This document shows, in pieces, positions 19,243 to 27,997 of a stretch of DNA of 64,000 nt. Each line of letters begins with the position of its first letter. The first letter of the stretch is position 1. The position numbers were made by a program, and so were the translations under genes. Under the pieces are notes generated by a model that made no database searches, was not told the origin of the DNA, and was given only the letters and a program-made list of their open reading frames with translations. This DNA comes from an uncultured virus (IMG/VR IMGVR_UViG_3300042889_002336). Its lineage: Duplodnaviria; Heunggongvirae; Uroviricota; Caudoviricetes. Where the stretch lies: the IMG/VR virus record IMGVR_UViG_3300042889_002336; one strand, written 5' to 3'.

Positions 19243-19662
19243 TTAAGTAGTTACTACTAAGTATCCAATAGTAGCTTCTGAGTCAACTGGAGAGGCTTTT
19301 ACTGATCTTAAATCTCCATATGTAAAGTTATTAAACTGACCGCTTACGTATTCTGAATTAAATATAAAGCTACCGCTTCCTCGAAGTAAAAAGTTAAATT
19401 GATCTGTTGAACCAGACAGCTGTAGATTAACAGATCCTGTTGAAAGATTTGAAATTCTAGCATACCTTACACTACTTGATACAAAGGTACCTGCTCCTGG
19501 AAGTGCTGCTAAGTTAATAATCTCAGTCATTGATCCAGTAGGTATTGACATTACTCTACTATCTGCATAGTTCACACCTGTTATAGATGTTTCAAAGTTT
19601 GTACCTCTTTCAACTCCGTTTAATTTAAGTCTTTCTCTTATAAAGTATGTAAATTTTGCCAT
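19243..19662 (-). CDS. Hypothetical virion protein
   Basis: About 140 aa ORF preceded by TATTTATA at 19679-19686. Confidence 0.6.
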   Translation of the reverse strand: MAKFTYFIRERLKLNGVERGTNFETSITGVNYADSRVMSIPTGSMTEIINLAALPGAGTFVSSSVRYARISNLSTGSVNLQLSGSTDQFNFLLRGSGSFIFNSEYVSGQFNNFTYGDLRSVKASPVDSEATIGYLVVTT

Positions 19663-19696
19663 TACCAAATAGTTTATTTATAAATAGCAACTTACT

Positions 19697-20383
19697 TTAA
19701 TCCCTAAAGTCTTGGTATACTTTTAAAATAGGAGATACAATATCGTGTCTATGGTTTTGTTTTAATGCAAATATTCTGAATCCTTTTACCTGTTCTTCGA
19801 CTCTTGTAAGGAAAGAAAATCCTGTTTCCTTTTTTACTTTTAAATCAATTTGAGCTAAGTCTCCACAGATTACCATTTTAGATCCTTTACCAAGTCTCCC
19901 CAGTACTGTCTCCATTTGGTCCTGGGTTACGTTTTGTGCCTCATCTACAATTACAAAAGAGTTAACAAATGTCCTACCTCTCATAAATGCAAAAGGAACT
20001 ATCTCAATATTCCCGTATTCCAATTCTTTATCTACTTTATCCTTGCCATATAGCATGTATAAGTTATGATATATTGGTGCTAACCAAGGGTCCATTTTTT
20101 CCTTTAAATCGCCTGGTAAAAATCCTAAGTCTTCCTTAGCCACTGTAGGTCTAGTTATAATAATCTTATCTACCTCTCTACTAAATAGCATATCTAGGGC
20201 TGCTTGTACTGCTACTAAAGTCTTTCCTGAACCTGCCATTCCTTTTAGAACGACTACTGGATTTTCTACAATAAGTGCTTTTGCTAATTTTTGTTCTTCA
20301 TTAAGTTGGAGTTGGAACTTAATTGGGTTTTTCGGTTTTCTCTTTGGAGTGAAAACTTCATCAGTATGATGGTTTGAAGCCAT
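19697..20383 (-). CDS. phoH: PhoH-like ATPase
   Basis: GMAGSGKT, ITRP, LGFLPGDL.EKM.PW, FMRGRTF, IVDEAQN, RLG..SKMVI.GD..QID. Confidence 0.95.
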   Translation of the reverse strand: MASNHHTDEVFTPKRKPKNPIKFQLQLNEEQKLAKALIVENPVVVLKGMAGSGKTLVAVQAALDMLFSREVDKIIITRPTVAKEDLGFLPGDLKEKMDPWLAPIYHNLYMLYGKDKVDKELEYGNIEIVPFAFMRGRTFVNSFVIVDEAQNVTQDQMETVLGRLGKGSKMVICGDLAQIDLKVKKETGFSFLTRVEEQVKGFRIFALKQNHRHDIVSPILKVYQDFRD

Positions 20384-20417
20384 ATTGAAACGTTTATTTG
20401 TTTCTAATAAATATACG

Positions 20418-20442
20418 AAAAAAGCCTAGTAAAAACTAGGCT
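20418..20442 (-). terminator. Intrinsic terminator
   Basis: AGCCTAGT/ACTAGGCT stem plus U-tract on the minus strand. Confidence 0.7.
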
Positions 20443-20473
20443 CTTTCTTATTTATTTTTATTTATTTTAAAAA

Positions 20474-21361
20474 TTATAAGCAAATATTCTGTATACTTTC
20501 TATGATTGTTTCTGGGTCATATGAATCTGTTACTAATCCTGATGTTCCTAGTGCTAATGTTTCTAGAGGAGCATACGAAGTTGCTGATGCTTTCATAAGT
20601 AATACCTTAATTCCTTCTGTATTACAATCTTCTACTAATGTTTGTACAAATGCTGTATCTGTTGCATTATTAATATCATCGTCACCTGATGAAGGTTGAT
20701 CTGTAATAAGGACTATTAATCTAGATACATTTTCTCTGAAGGTTCCTACTATATCATGGTTTACTATTCTATCGATACCCATATCAGCAGGTTCAGGACC
20801 ACTTACTCCATATCCTATAGGAAAATCTACAGTATTTAGTACACTAAGCTGTGTAGTAAAACTACTTTCATTATTTTGCGATAACATCTCCATCGCAGTT
20901 ATGTATTGAATTCTATCAGAGGCTGTGCCAGCAATGTCATATAGGTTTGTGTATCTTTGAGCGGCAGGTAAACTGGTGTAGGCTGCTTTAGGTAGGTATT
21001 TGTTTATCAGTGCAGGGTGTGTGTCATTTGGATTATATTCATCAAATAGTACTAGTCCTAGTCTATAGTTATTTCCCGACTCTGTTACAATTGCCTGGAC
21101 AATAGAAGCTATTGCTGCTTTAATAGCATTAATTGCATCCCCCATACTACCTGTATAGTCTACTAGAAATACTACATCTATTCCATCTGCACAAGTTATT
21201 ACTCCATCATCTGCGGTTAGGGGTCCTTTATTCTGATGACTTATCCAATCATTTAACTCTACTAAATACTTGTAATAATGTTCCATTTGCTGGTTTTCGT
21301 TTAGGCTTCTTATTGAATCTAAAGTCTTGAACTGCTGCCAGGTTAATTCTCCTATAATCAT
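20474..21361 (-). CDS. von Willebrand factor A domain protein
   Basis: DVVFLVDYTGSM MIDAS-like motif, RLGLVLF, LIVLITD. Confidence 0.8.
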   Translation of the reverse strand: MIIGELTWQQFKTLDSIRSLNENQQMEHYYKYLVELNDWISHQNKGPLTADDGVITCADGIDVVFLVDYTGSMGDAINAIKAAIASIVQAIVTESGNNYRLGLVLFDEYNPNDTHPALINKYLPKAAYTSLPAAQRYTNLYDIAGTASDRIQYITAMEMLSQNNESSFTTQLSVLNTVDFPIGYGVSGPEPADMGIDRIVNHDIVGTFRENVSRLIVLITDQPSSGDDDINNATDTAFVQTLVEDCNTEGIKVLLMKASATSYAPLETLALGTSGLVTDSYDPETIIESIQNICL

Positions 21362-21399
21362 ATTACCGTTTTATATAAATATACGAACTTTTTTTTTAC

Positions 21400-21426
21400 A
21401 AAAAAAGAGAGCTAAAAGCTCTCTTT
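21400..21426 (-). terminator. Intrinsic terminator after the major capsid gene
   Basis: AAAGAGAGCT/AGCTCTCTTT stem with T-runs. Confidence 0.75.
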
Positions 21427-21447
21427 AATTTATTATTCTGTAGTAAA

Positions 21448-23106
21448 TTATACAGTAGCGATATCGCTAACGAAGATTTTACCGTAGAATTCTGGTCTGA
21501 TCATTTTCTTAGCGTAACGAGTCATGATACCTTTTCTTGGAGTGAAGGTAGTTGGATCGTATACTAATGGAGTCATGATTAATGGAATATATGGAGCATA
21601 AACTGCACCTGTTTCCAAGAATTGAGATCCTCTGTAACCTAATAAGATTACGTTTTCAGTCATGTAAGGGTTTTTGTAAACTCTGAAACGAGAATTTAAG
21701 TTACCTACTTTCTGAACTCCCATTGCAAAGTCCATTTTATCACCGTTTGTATCTGCTGCATATCCTGGAATTGATTCTAAGATTGTAGCTACAGTTGGAG
21801 ATACTACTAAGAAGTTAGCTCCACCTCTTAAAGTTTTTTGGTGAATTTTGTTAGATACTTTTTGTACTTTAGTACCTAAAGTTCCAAACCATTGACCTTG
21901 AGTGTTGTAGAAGCTAGTTCCTGCACTAAAAGTACCTGTTTCCCAGTTACTTGTTGCTGGATTCCAGTTTTTGTTGTTAACTGCTGACCATCTTTCAGTT
22001 GTAGCTGCATCTTGGATTAACATATCCATTAACTCTAAGTCAATCTCCATAGAGATGTACTCTGATAATAATGAAGTTAATTCTGCTTCAGCATCAATTG
22101 AATGGTAAGCGTTTAAGTCTTGTGCGAACTCTGGAGTCCATTGTGCTTTTAATTTTCTTGTTTTAGCAACGATAGCTTCAGAAGCTAATGATACGTTGAT
22201 TTCAGGAATTTTAATAGTTCCGTTGTTGTTACCTTGTGGGTTAGTTCCGTTATCTTCAAAATCACCTCTTGAAGTATCAGTTGGTTGCATTTGGTATTTT
22301 ACAGTTGCATTAAATGTACCTGCAGCGTTTGCAGTATAAGCACCACCTGCTGCAGTTGTTTTAACTACGAACAATACGTGTGTTCCGTTTGTACCAGTAG
22401 AACCTGATAAGAAAGTTAATTCTGGGTTAGATGTAAGATCTACTGATGCAGAATATAATCTAAATGCTCTAACACCTTTAGCGTCAAATCCTACCATACT
22501 TGAAGTAGGGAATGCTACTGTGCGGTAGTCAGAAAGAACTAATCCGTCTTGGTATCCTAAAGATGCTGATGTAGCAGATCCTGTAGTCTGTCCTGTTACT
22601 ACTGTAGAAGATGCAGAGTTGATTGAGTAACCAAACTGTCCTGCTCCGTATAAACCTCCGTTTACATCTTCGTCAATTGACATTTTGCTGTTAGCGTCAG
22701 ATACGTTACCGTATAAACTTTCGTCTGCTGCTCTACCTACTGTGTTTGTACCGTATTTAAAGTCTAAGTAAAATACAAGTCCTGAAGGTAAATTCATTGG
22801 TTGTACAGAAACGAAGTCTTTAGCTGCGATTTGAGCGAATACTTTACGTACTAATGGTAAAGCTACTCCAGCCCATTGCTCAGCACCACCTGTAGAAGTA
22901 CCCATTGCACCTGTACCTGTAGTATTTCCTTCTGATACGATTTGTTTTGCTTGATTCTCAAGAATCATAGCCATGTTGTTTTTCTCGATTTCATTAGAAA
23001 TTCCTTCTAATAAACCTGATTTAGCCCATTTACCTGACAAACGAGCAGCATCTGCTTGTAATGTCTTGTAGTTGTTAGCCCCTTCGAATAATTGATTTAA
23101 TTCCAT
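21448..23106 (-). CDS. gp23: Major capsid protein (T4 gp23-like)
   Basis: VQPMNLPSGLVFYL, AKTRKLKAQWTPEFAQDL.AYH.IDAEAEL..LLSE.I..EID, YAPYIPL, TFTPRKGIMTRY. Confidence 0.96.
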   Translation of the reverse strand: MELNQLFEGANNYKTLQADAARLSGKWAKSGLLEGISNEIEKNNMAMILENQAKQIVSEGNTTGTGAMGTSTGGAEQWAGVALPLVRKVFAQIAAKDFVSVQPMNLPSGLVFYLDFKYGTNTVGRAADESLYGNVSDANSKMSIDEDVNGGLYGAGQFGYSINSASSTVVTGQTTGSATSASLGYQDGLVLSDYRTVAFPTSSMVGFDAKGVRAFRLYSASVDLTSNPELTFLSGSTGTNGTHVLFVVKTTAAGGAYTANAAGTFNATVKYQMQPTDTSRGDFEDNGTNPQGNNNGTIKIPEINVSLASEAIVAKTRKLKAQWTPEFAQDLNAYHSIDAEAELTSLLSEYISMEIDLELMDMLIQDAATTERWSAVNNKNWNPATSNWETGTFSAGTSFYNTQGQWFGTLGTKVQKVSNKIHQKTLRGGANFLVVSPTVATILESIPGYAADTNGDKMDFAMGVQKVGNLNSRFRVYKNPYMTENVILLGYRGSQFLETGAVYAPYIPLIMTPLVYDPTTFTPRKGIMTRYAKKMIRPEFYGKIFVSDIATV

Positions 23107-23133
23107 TGCGGTTTTTTGTGTTTTTTATTTTTT

Positions 23134-24342
23134 TTATTTAATAATTCCTGCTAACTTCTGCCATCTTGATACTTGCTCAGATACTTCTGATAAGATTTCT
23201 TTTGGTGCAGTTGTTTGTGCATTACCTGTTGCTTTAGAAGCAAAAGATCTGTGCTCTTTAATTGTAGCTGGTTTAGCAACTACGTTTTTAGAAACTGTTT
23301 CGAAAACTAATTTTACTTCTTTAACTGTCTCTGCTTTGTCAAAAGCTGCGATAACGTTTACTTTTTGACCTTCAGATAAGTTGTTTGATTTGAATACTTT
23401 ATTTACATAAAGTAATTTTGCATTTAAAAGGTTAACTTCTTGAAGTTGTCCTCTTAGAGCTTCTACAGTTGCTAATGCTTCTGCTAAGTCTTCAGATTCT
23501 TCACTTATTTTATGACCTTTTGTCATACCGTGTCCTGTTAATCCTGCTTTTTTAGCTTTCTCCTGTGCTGCTGCTATTGCTCTTTCAATTGCTTGAATAG
23601 CTGGATTTTCTTTACCGAATTTGTCCATTTGAGCAGAAACTCTATCTAACCACTCTTCAAAGCCTTCTTCTAAGTTTTCAGATTCTCCTTCAAATACTTT
23701 ATGACCTTTTGTCATACCTGTACCTGTTAATCCTGCTTTCTTAGCTTTTTCTTGAGCTGCTGCTACTGCTTTTTCGATAGCTTGAATAGCTGGATTTTCT
23801 TTACCAAATTTCTCCATTTGAGCAGAAACTCTATCTAACCACTCTTCAAAGCCTTCCGATAATGTATCCTCTTGAGCTAATTCTGCTAACAATTCGTTAA
23901 TATCGATCTCTTCTGAATCACCGTCCATGCTTACCATATCTTCTTCTCCTTCTGGAGTTTCCATACCTGTTAATTCTTCTTCTGATTCGTCGTGACCTAC
24001 TTCTTGTGAAACGATATCACGGATAAGATCTTTTAAGTCCTCGATAGACATATCTTCGATTTCCACTTCTTCTTCTCCTTCTTCGCTTTCCTCTTCAGCT
24101 CCCTCTTCTTCAGCCTCTTCTCCTTCTTCTGCTTCTACCTCTTCTTCTTCAGCTTCGTAGATGTTTTCATCCATTACTTCCTCATCTTCTTTTTCTTCCA
24201 TTTCTTGCAATTTTGCAGCAAGCATGTCTTTTAAGTGTGGAGTTAATGTTTCTTCTAAAGCTTCTTTAGCGTTGGCGATTGCAGCTTCACGAATAGTTTT
24301 AGCTTCAGCAATAGCTTGCTTTAATAAATCTTTGTTTGACAT
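23134..24342 (-). CDS. Prohead scaffold/core protein
   Basis: Highly acidic coiled-coil protein immediately upstream of the MCP; many L/I-x-E sites. Confidence 0.75.
   Translation of the reverse strand: MSNKDLLKQAIAEAKTIREAAIANAKEALEETLTPHLKDMLAAKLQEMEEKEDEEVMDENIYEAEEEEVEAEEGEEAEEEGAEEESEEGEEEVEIEDMSIEDLKDLIRDIVSQEVGHDESEEELTGMETPEGEEDMVSMDGDSEEIDINELLAELAQEDTLSEGFEEWLDRVSAQMEKFGKENPAIQAIEKAVAAAQEKAKKAGLTGTGMTKGHKVFEGESENLEEGFEEWLDRVSAQMDKFGKENPAIQAIERAIAAAQEKAKKAGLTGHGMTKGHKISEESEDLAEALATVEALRGQLQEVNLLNAKLLYVNKVFKSNNLSEGQKVNVIAAFDKAETVKEVKLVFETVSKNVVAKPATIKEHRSFASKATGNAQTTAPKEILSEVSEQVSRWQKLAGIIK
23511..23856. repeat. 189-nt-period tandem duplication in the scaffold gene
   Basis: EGFEEWLDRVSAQM(E/D)KFGKENPAIQAIE...GMTKGHK occurs twice (about 23700-23856 and 23511-23667). 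Confidence 0.9.
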
Positions 24343-24468
24343 AATTTGTGTTTGTTTGTCGTACGTCTATTGTAGTATGTGAGACGTAATAATGTTTTAC
24401 TTTGTAGTAGATATCATATAAGTGTCATGATATATTCTTAAATAAATATACATATATTTTCAAAACAT

Positions 24469-24494
24469 AAAAAACCCGTCTTTATAGGACGGGT
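24469..24494 (-). terminator. Intrinsic terminator
   Basis: ACCCGTC/GACGGGT stem plus U-tract. Confidence 0.7.
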
Positions 24495-24505
24495 ATGTTG
24501 TGTTA

Positions 24506-24979
24506 TCAATAGTCTGCTGCTTGAGTGACTAGTTCATTCCATTCAGGAATTTTTCCTAGCATGTCTAATACGTCTTGGTGATCGTTATCAATTAAGTAGT
24601 TTATAACTGCTTGAATTTGGCTTAATGATTCGAAGTCCATCTCTTCATTTACCTTCTTTGTATTGTCGATTGATTTATTTTCATCTAGGTCTTCTGGGTC
24701 GTATATATCTTCTAATTTGTTTCCTTCAAAATCAACTGCATATCCATACCCTTCTTTTACATCTCCGTCATCATCTTGAACTTCACCTGTTATAAAGTAC
24801 CCGTTCTTATGTTTAGTTATTGAAATAATTATTCCATCATCTAAAGGATCTTGTTCTTCGACTGCAAAGCGTGTACCTCCTAAAGTAACTTCTTCTACTT
24901 CTACATTCTCTTTTATAAGTTTTGAATTAGCAGTTAATTTATTTTCTACTAAGAATTTTTTTAAATTAAAATTTTCCAT
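24506..24979 (-). CDS. Putative internal head protein (MENFxLKKFLVENKLT family)
   Basis: Shared N-terminal tag; acidic. Confidence 0.65.
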   Translation of the reverse strand: MENFNLKKFLVENKLTANSKLIKENVEVEEVTLGGTRFAVEEQDPLDDGIIISITKHKNGYFITGEVQDDDGDVKEGYGYAVDFEGNKLEDIYDPEDLDENKSIDNTKKVNEEMDFESLSQIQAVINYLIDNDHQDVLDMLGKIPEWNELVTQAADY

Positions 24980-24991
24980 CTTAAAGTTATT

Positions 24992-25228
24992 TTATCCTAA
25001 ATGACCTAAGTTATATAAAGCTTCTTCTATATCTACTTCTACATCGTTAAATGGATTTTCGTTAGAAGCTATTTGATTTGCTTCCTTATACTCTTCCATT
25101 ATATCTAGTGCAATCTTTAAATGTCTCTTTACTTCAAGTGCTACCGTATCTTGAGTTATCTGTTCATTCAAAGATACTTTCTTTAAATGTTTAGCTTGCC
25201 AGTTATGTATATCGAAATTGTTTTCCAT
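24992..25228 (-). CDS. Small hypothetical protein (possible internal head protein)
   Basis: MENNFDIHNW...SLNE. Confidence 0.6.
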   Translation of the reverse strand: MENNFDIHNWQAKHLKKVSLNEQITQDTVALEVKRHLKIALDIMEEYKEANQIASNENPFNDVEVDIEEALYNLGHLG

Positions 25229-25809
25229 TATGCTCTTAGTATATTGTTAATAATAGAATCTAATCTATCGTATTTTCCTACTGCTTGTTTCCCTTCATTC
25301 AATGAAATTGGATTCATAAATGCTCCTTGTGTAGAAGGATTAGAAACGAAATCCCAGCATACTAATTCAAAGTCTGGTTGAACCATTAAAGTTCCTTCGT
25401 TTGTCTGTGTTACTGATCCTGTTCCTCTTGAAGAGATTCCAATTGTATGCCCTCCTCTTAATATCTCTTTCACGATATTTCCTGAAGGTGTGTTTAGTAA
25501 TTCTACTTTACCCATCAAATCATCTCCATCCCACCATAAGTCTTTTACAACATGTGATGCATTCTTTAAAGATACGATTGCTGATTCTGGATGATCTAAT
25601 TCTCCGTAAGCATTTCCAACTTTAACAAAATTCTCTATGTAGTTTTGAACTTCTTGTTCAAGAATTTCTCTTTTATAGATTCTTCCGTTTTGATTCTTAG
25701 CTCCTGCTCTTTGCATGATACCTGTTACCTCAAAAACTCCTGGTTTAGTTTTTGATTCGGTAAGAAGTCCTTTGAAAGGAGTTACATTTATTAATAGTGG
25801 ATTGTTCAT
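25228..25809 (-). CDS. gp21: Prohead core protease (T4 gp21-like)
   Basis: KNQNGRIY, GELDHP, NASH, TPSGNI, GISSRGTGS, DFVSNPS..GAF. Confidence 0.93.
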   Translation of the reverse strand: MNNPLLINVTPFKGLLTESKTKPGVFEVTGIMQRAGAKNQNGRIYKREILEQEVQNYIENFVKVGNAYGELDHPESAIVSLKNASHVVKDLWWDGDDLMGKVELLNTPSGNIVKEILRGGHTIGISSRGTGSVTQTNEGTLMVQPDFELVCWDFVSNPSTQGAFMNPISLNEGKQAVGKYDRLDSIINNILRA

Positions 25810-26894
25810 TATAGTAAATCTTTTAATGATATTGATTCATCCATAGTAAAACCGCCAATAAAATCATCTACTTCTTTTGGTGTTTCTAAAGATGTAAATA
25901 AATCCCATGTATTAGCTCCTTCATCTTCAATATTAGCTTCAATTTCTTTAGCTTTTGCAGCACCGTATTTCTGTACTATGTAAGTTGGAGCATAAAATTT
26001 ATCCGCATTTTCATCCATTCCTTCTCTGTCAGCTTCGAATCTATCTTGATTTGCTAAGCTCTGCAAAGCTCCTGCTTTTGCTCTATCAATTAGAGATAGT
26101 AAATGTTTGAATTTAATATCCTTAGTAGTTGATGCTTGAGTTTGTGCTTGCTTGTGTAATTTTTCAAACTTAGAAGGTTCAGTTTCGTACATAGTCATTA
26201 ATTTACGAACCATGTTTTTATCTGCTTCTGCATCTGTAGCTTCGTCTAATTCTCCATCAATCATTGGATCTGAGAAGTTCTCATCATCGTAATCGATATC
26301 ATCTTCTCCATACATTTCGTATACCTCTTCCTCTTCTTTGTAGCTTTCAACATCCATTACCTCTTCAGATAATACTCTTTTGATAAGTTTTTTAAAGCCT
26401 TCTTTTAACTCTGCTTTTTTCATACCGTTAAAAGTATCTACAGTATTTTTTGCTGTAGCATCTACCATCTTATCGTGAAGGTCCACTTTTGGATTAACTC
26501 CTGCTAATTGATTTGTATAGAAGATAGAATCTTTTGCTAAGTTTTTAGATACTTTTGCTAATGCTTTTGCATATTCTTCTGCTGTTGGTGTCCCAAAAAC
26601 TCCTGCTACTTCTAACTCAACTCTAATTCCTCTAAGAATTTGTTCGTATGGATACTTATCCATTTCGTTAGTTGGTTTATATCTGTAGTCAGTTAGGTTA
26701 TTCTTAGTAAGTCTAGCTTCTTCTACTCTAGCTTCTTGAATCATTCCTCTGTTCTTTAAAATCTGAACAGCATCATCGTATCCGTTAAAACGAGTAATTA
26801 GCTGTGGTTGTTGCATTCTAGCTTCTGCTAAGAAATGTTCTTTAGAGAATTTTCCCTCTTGAATTGCGTTATATTTTTCTTGTAAAGTTCTCAT
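25809..26894 (-). CDS. Hypothetical head-associated protein
   Basis: 361 aa, acidic, between portal and protease, multiple x-x-E boundaries. Confidence 0.65.
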   Translation of the reverse strand: MRTLQEKYNAIQEGKFSKEHFLAEARMQQPQLITRFNGYDDAVQILKNRGMIQEARVEEARLTKNNLTDYRYKPTNEMDKYPYEQILRGIRVELEVAGVFGTPTAEEYAKALAKVSKNLAKDSIFYTNQLAGVNPKVDLHDKMVDATAKNTVDTFNGMKKAELKEGFKKLIKRVLSEEVMDVESYKEEEEVYEMYGEDDIDYDDENFSDPMIDGELDEATDAEADKNMVRKLMTMYETEPSKFEKLHKQAQTQASTTKDIKFKHLLSLIDRAKAGALQSLANQDRFEADREGMDENADKFYAPTYIVQKYGAAKAKEIEANIEDEGANTWDLFTSLETPKEVDDFIGGFTMDESISLKDLL

Positions 26895-26895
26895 A

Positions 26896-27117
26896 TTATT
26901 TATTTTCGTCTAAGTAATCAAACATTTTAGTATGTGAAGGACGTTTAGGTCTTTCAACTGTTTTATAACCTAATTTTTCAGCCGTTTTAGTAGCTACATT
27001 CTTACCTTGTCCTTTTTTAGAGAAAGCATTTTTAGTTAAGTATCCTCCTACTGCTCCAGTTGTGTTCATCTCCTCTAAGACTTCCTGTATTGCTTTTACT
27101 ACCTGTGATCTTTTCAT
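26896..27117 (-). CDS. Small hypothetical protein (MKRSQ tag family)
   Basis: MKRSQVVKAIQEVLEE. Confidence 0.6.
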   Translation of the reverse strand: MKRSQVVKAIQEVLEEMNTTGAVGGYLTKNAFSKKGQGKNVATKTAEKLGYKTVERPKRPSHTKMFDYLDENK

Positions 27118-27968
27118 AAATTTCTTAATTCATTTACTAATTCATAGTACTGCATTAATGAAACTAAGTGATTATCTTCTACTTTTTGAGTATTTTTAAC
27201 AGGTGTAATTGCTTTTTGGATCTCTTCTAATTTAATTTTAACTACTTTATCTGCAACGTTTTCTTTCAACTTAGAAATTTCTTTTTGTAGTTTTTCCATT
27301 TCTTCGTTTACTACGTTTCTCAGTCTTGCTGATGAATTAACTGAAACGATAAACTCTTTTAATATGTTTTTTTGTTCTGGGAGAAGATCTTTATACTGAT
27401 CGTTAAATTTCTCTAATAGTATCTTGTATGTAAGTAGTCTTAGATCTTTATCGTATTTTGAATACTCTTCAATTAAAGCATCTTTTACTTTTCCGTCTGT
27501 TAATTTACTTTGAGTTAAGTGTTCCAGTAGGGTTGTTTTATTATCTACAAATATATCTAAGTCAACAAGACCTGATGTTGCTTGTGCTTCCATTAAGCAA
27601 TATAAAGCTGCTAAAGGTTTATAAGTTTCTACTTTAATAGAAAAGAATTCTTCTAAGTCATAGTGACTTTTAAGTTCTTTTATTAACTCGTACTTTTGTT
27701 TTTTAAGTGAGTTAGCATCAAGTTTTCTAGAGATCTCTACAATAGTACTTAGTACTGATTCTGCTTTTTTCGAACCTACCCCTTTATTCTTTAATATAAA
27801 ATCATAAAGTTTAAATTCCTTTACTAGTGTTGTATTTCCTGTATAGAATTTTCTTAGTACCGATAATGCCGGAGATTCTCTTTTTGATAGAGTATCTGCA
27901 GCGATTTGCTTTACTAATAGTTCGTAGATTAAGCCTGTGTTTTTATACTTACTGTGTTTAATACGCAT
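27114..27968 (-). CDS. Conserved-looking phage hypothetical protein
   Basis: 284 aa helical, MRIKHSKYKNTGLIYELL; directly downstream of portal. Confidence 0.7.
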   Translation of the reverse strand: MRIKHSKYKNTGLIYELLVKQIAADTLSKRESPALSVLRKFYTGNTTLVKEFKLYDFILKNKGVGSKKAESVLSTIVEISRKLDANSLKKQKYELIKELKSHYDLEEFFSIKVETYKPLAALYCLMEAQATSGLVDLDIFVDNKTTLLEHLTQSKLTDGKVKDALIEEYSKYDKDLRLLTYKILLEKFNDQYKDLLPEQKNILKEFIVSVNSSARLRNVVNEEMEKLQKEISKLKENVADKVVKIKLEEIQKAITPVKNTQKVEDNHLVSLMQYYELVNELRNL

Positions 27969-27997
27969 CTTAGGTATGTCTTTGTTATAAATAGTGT

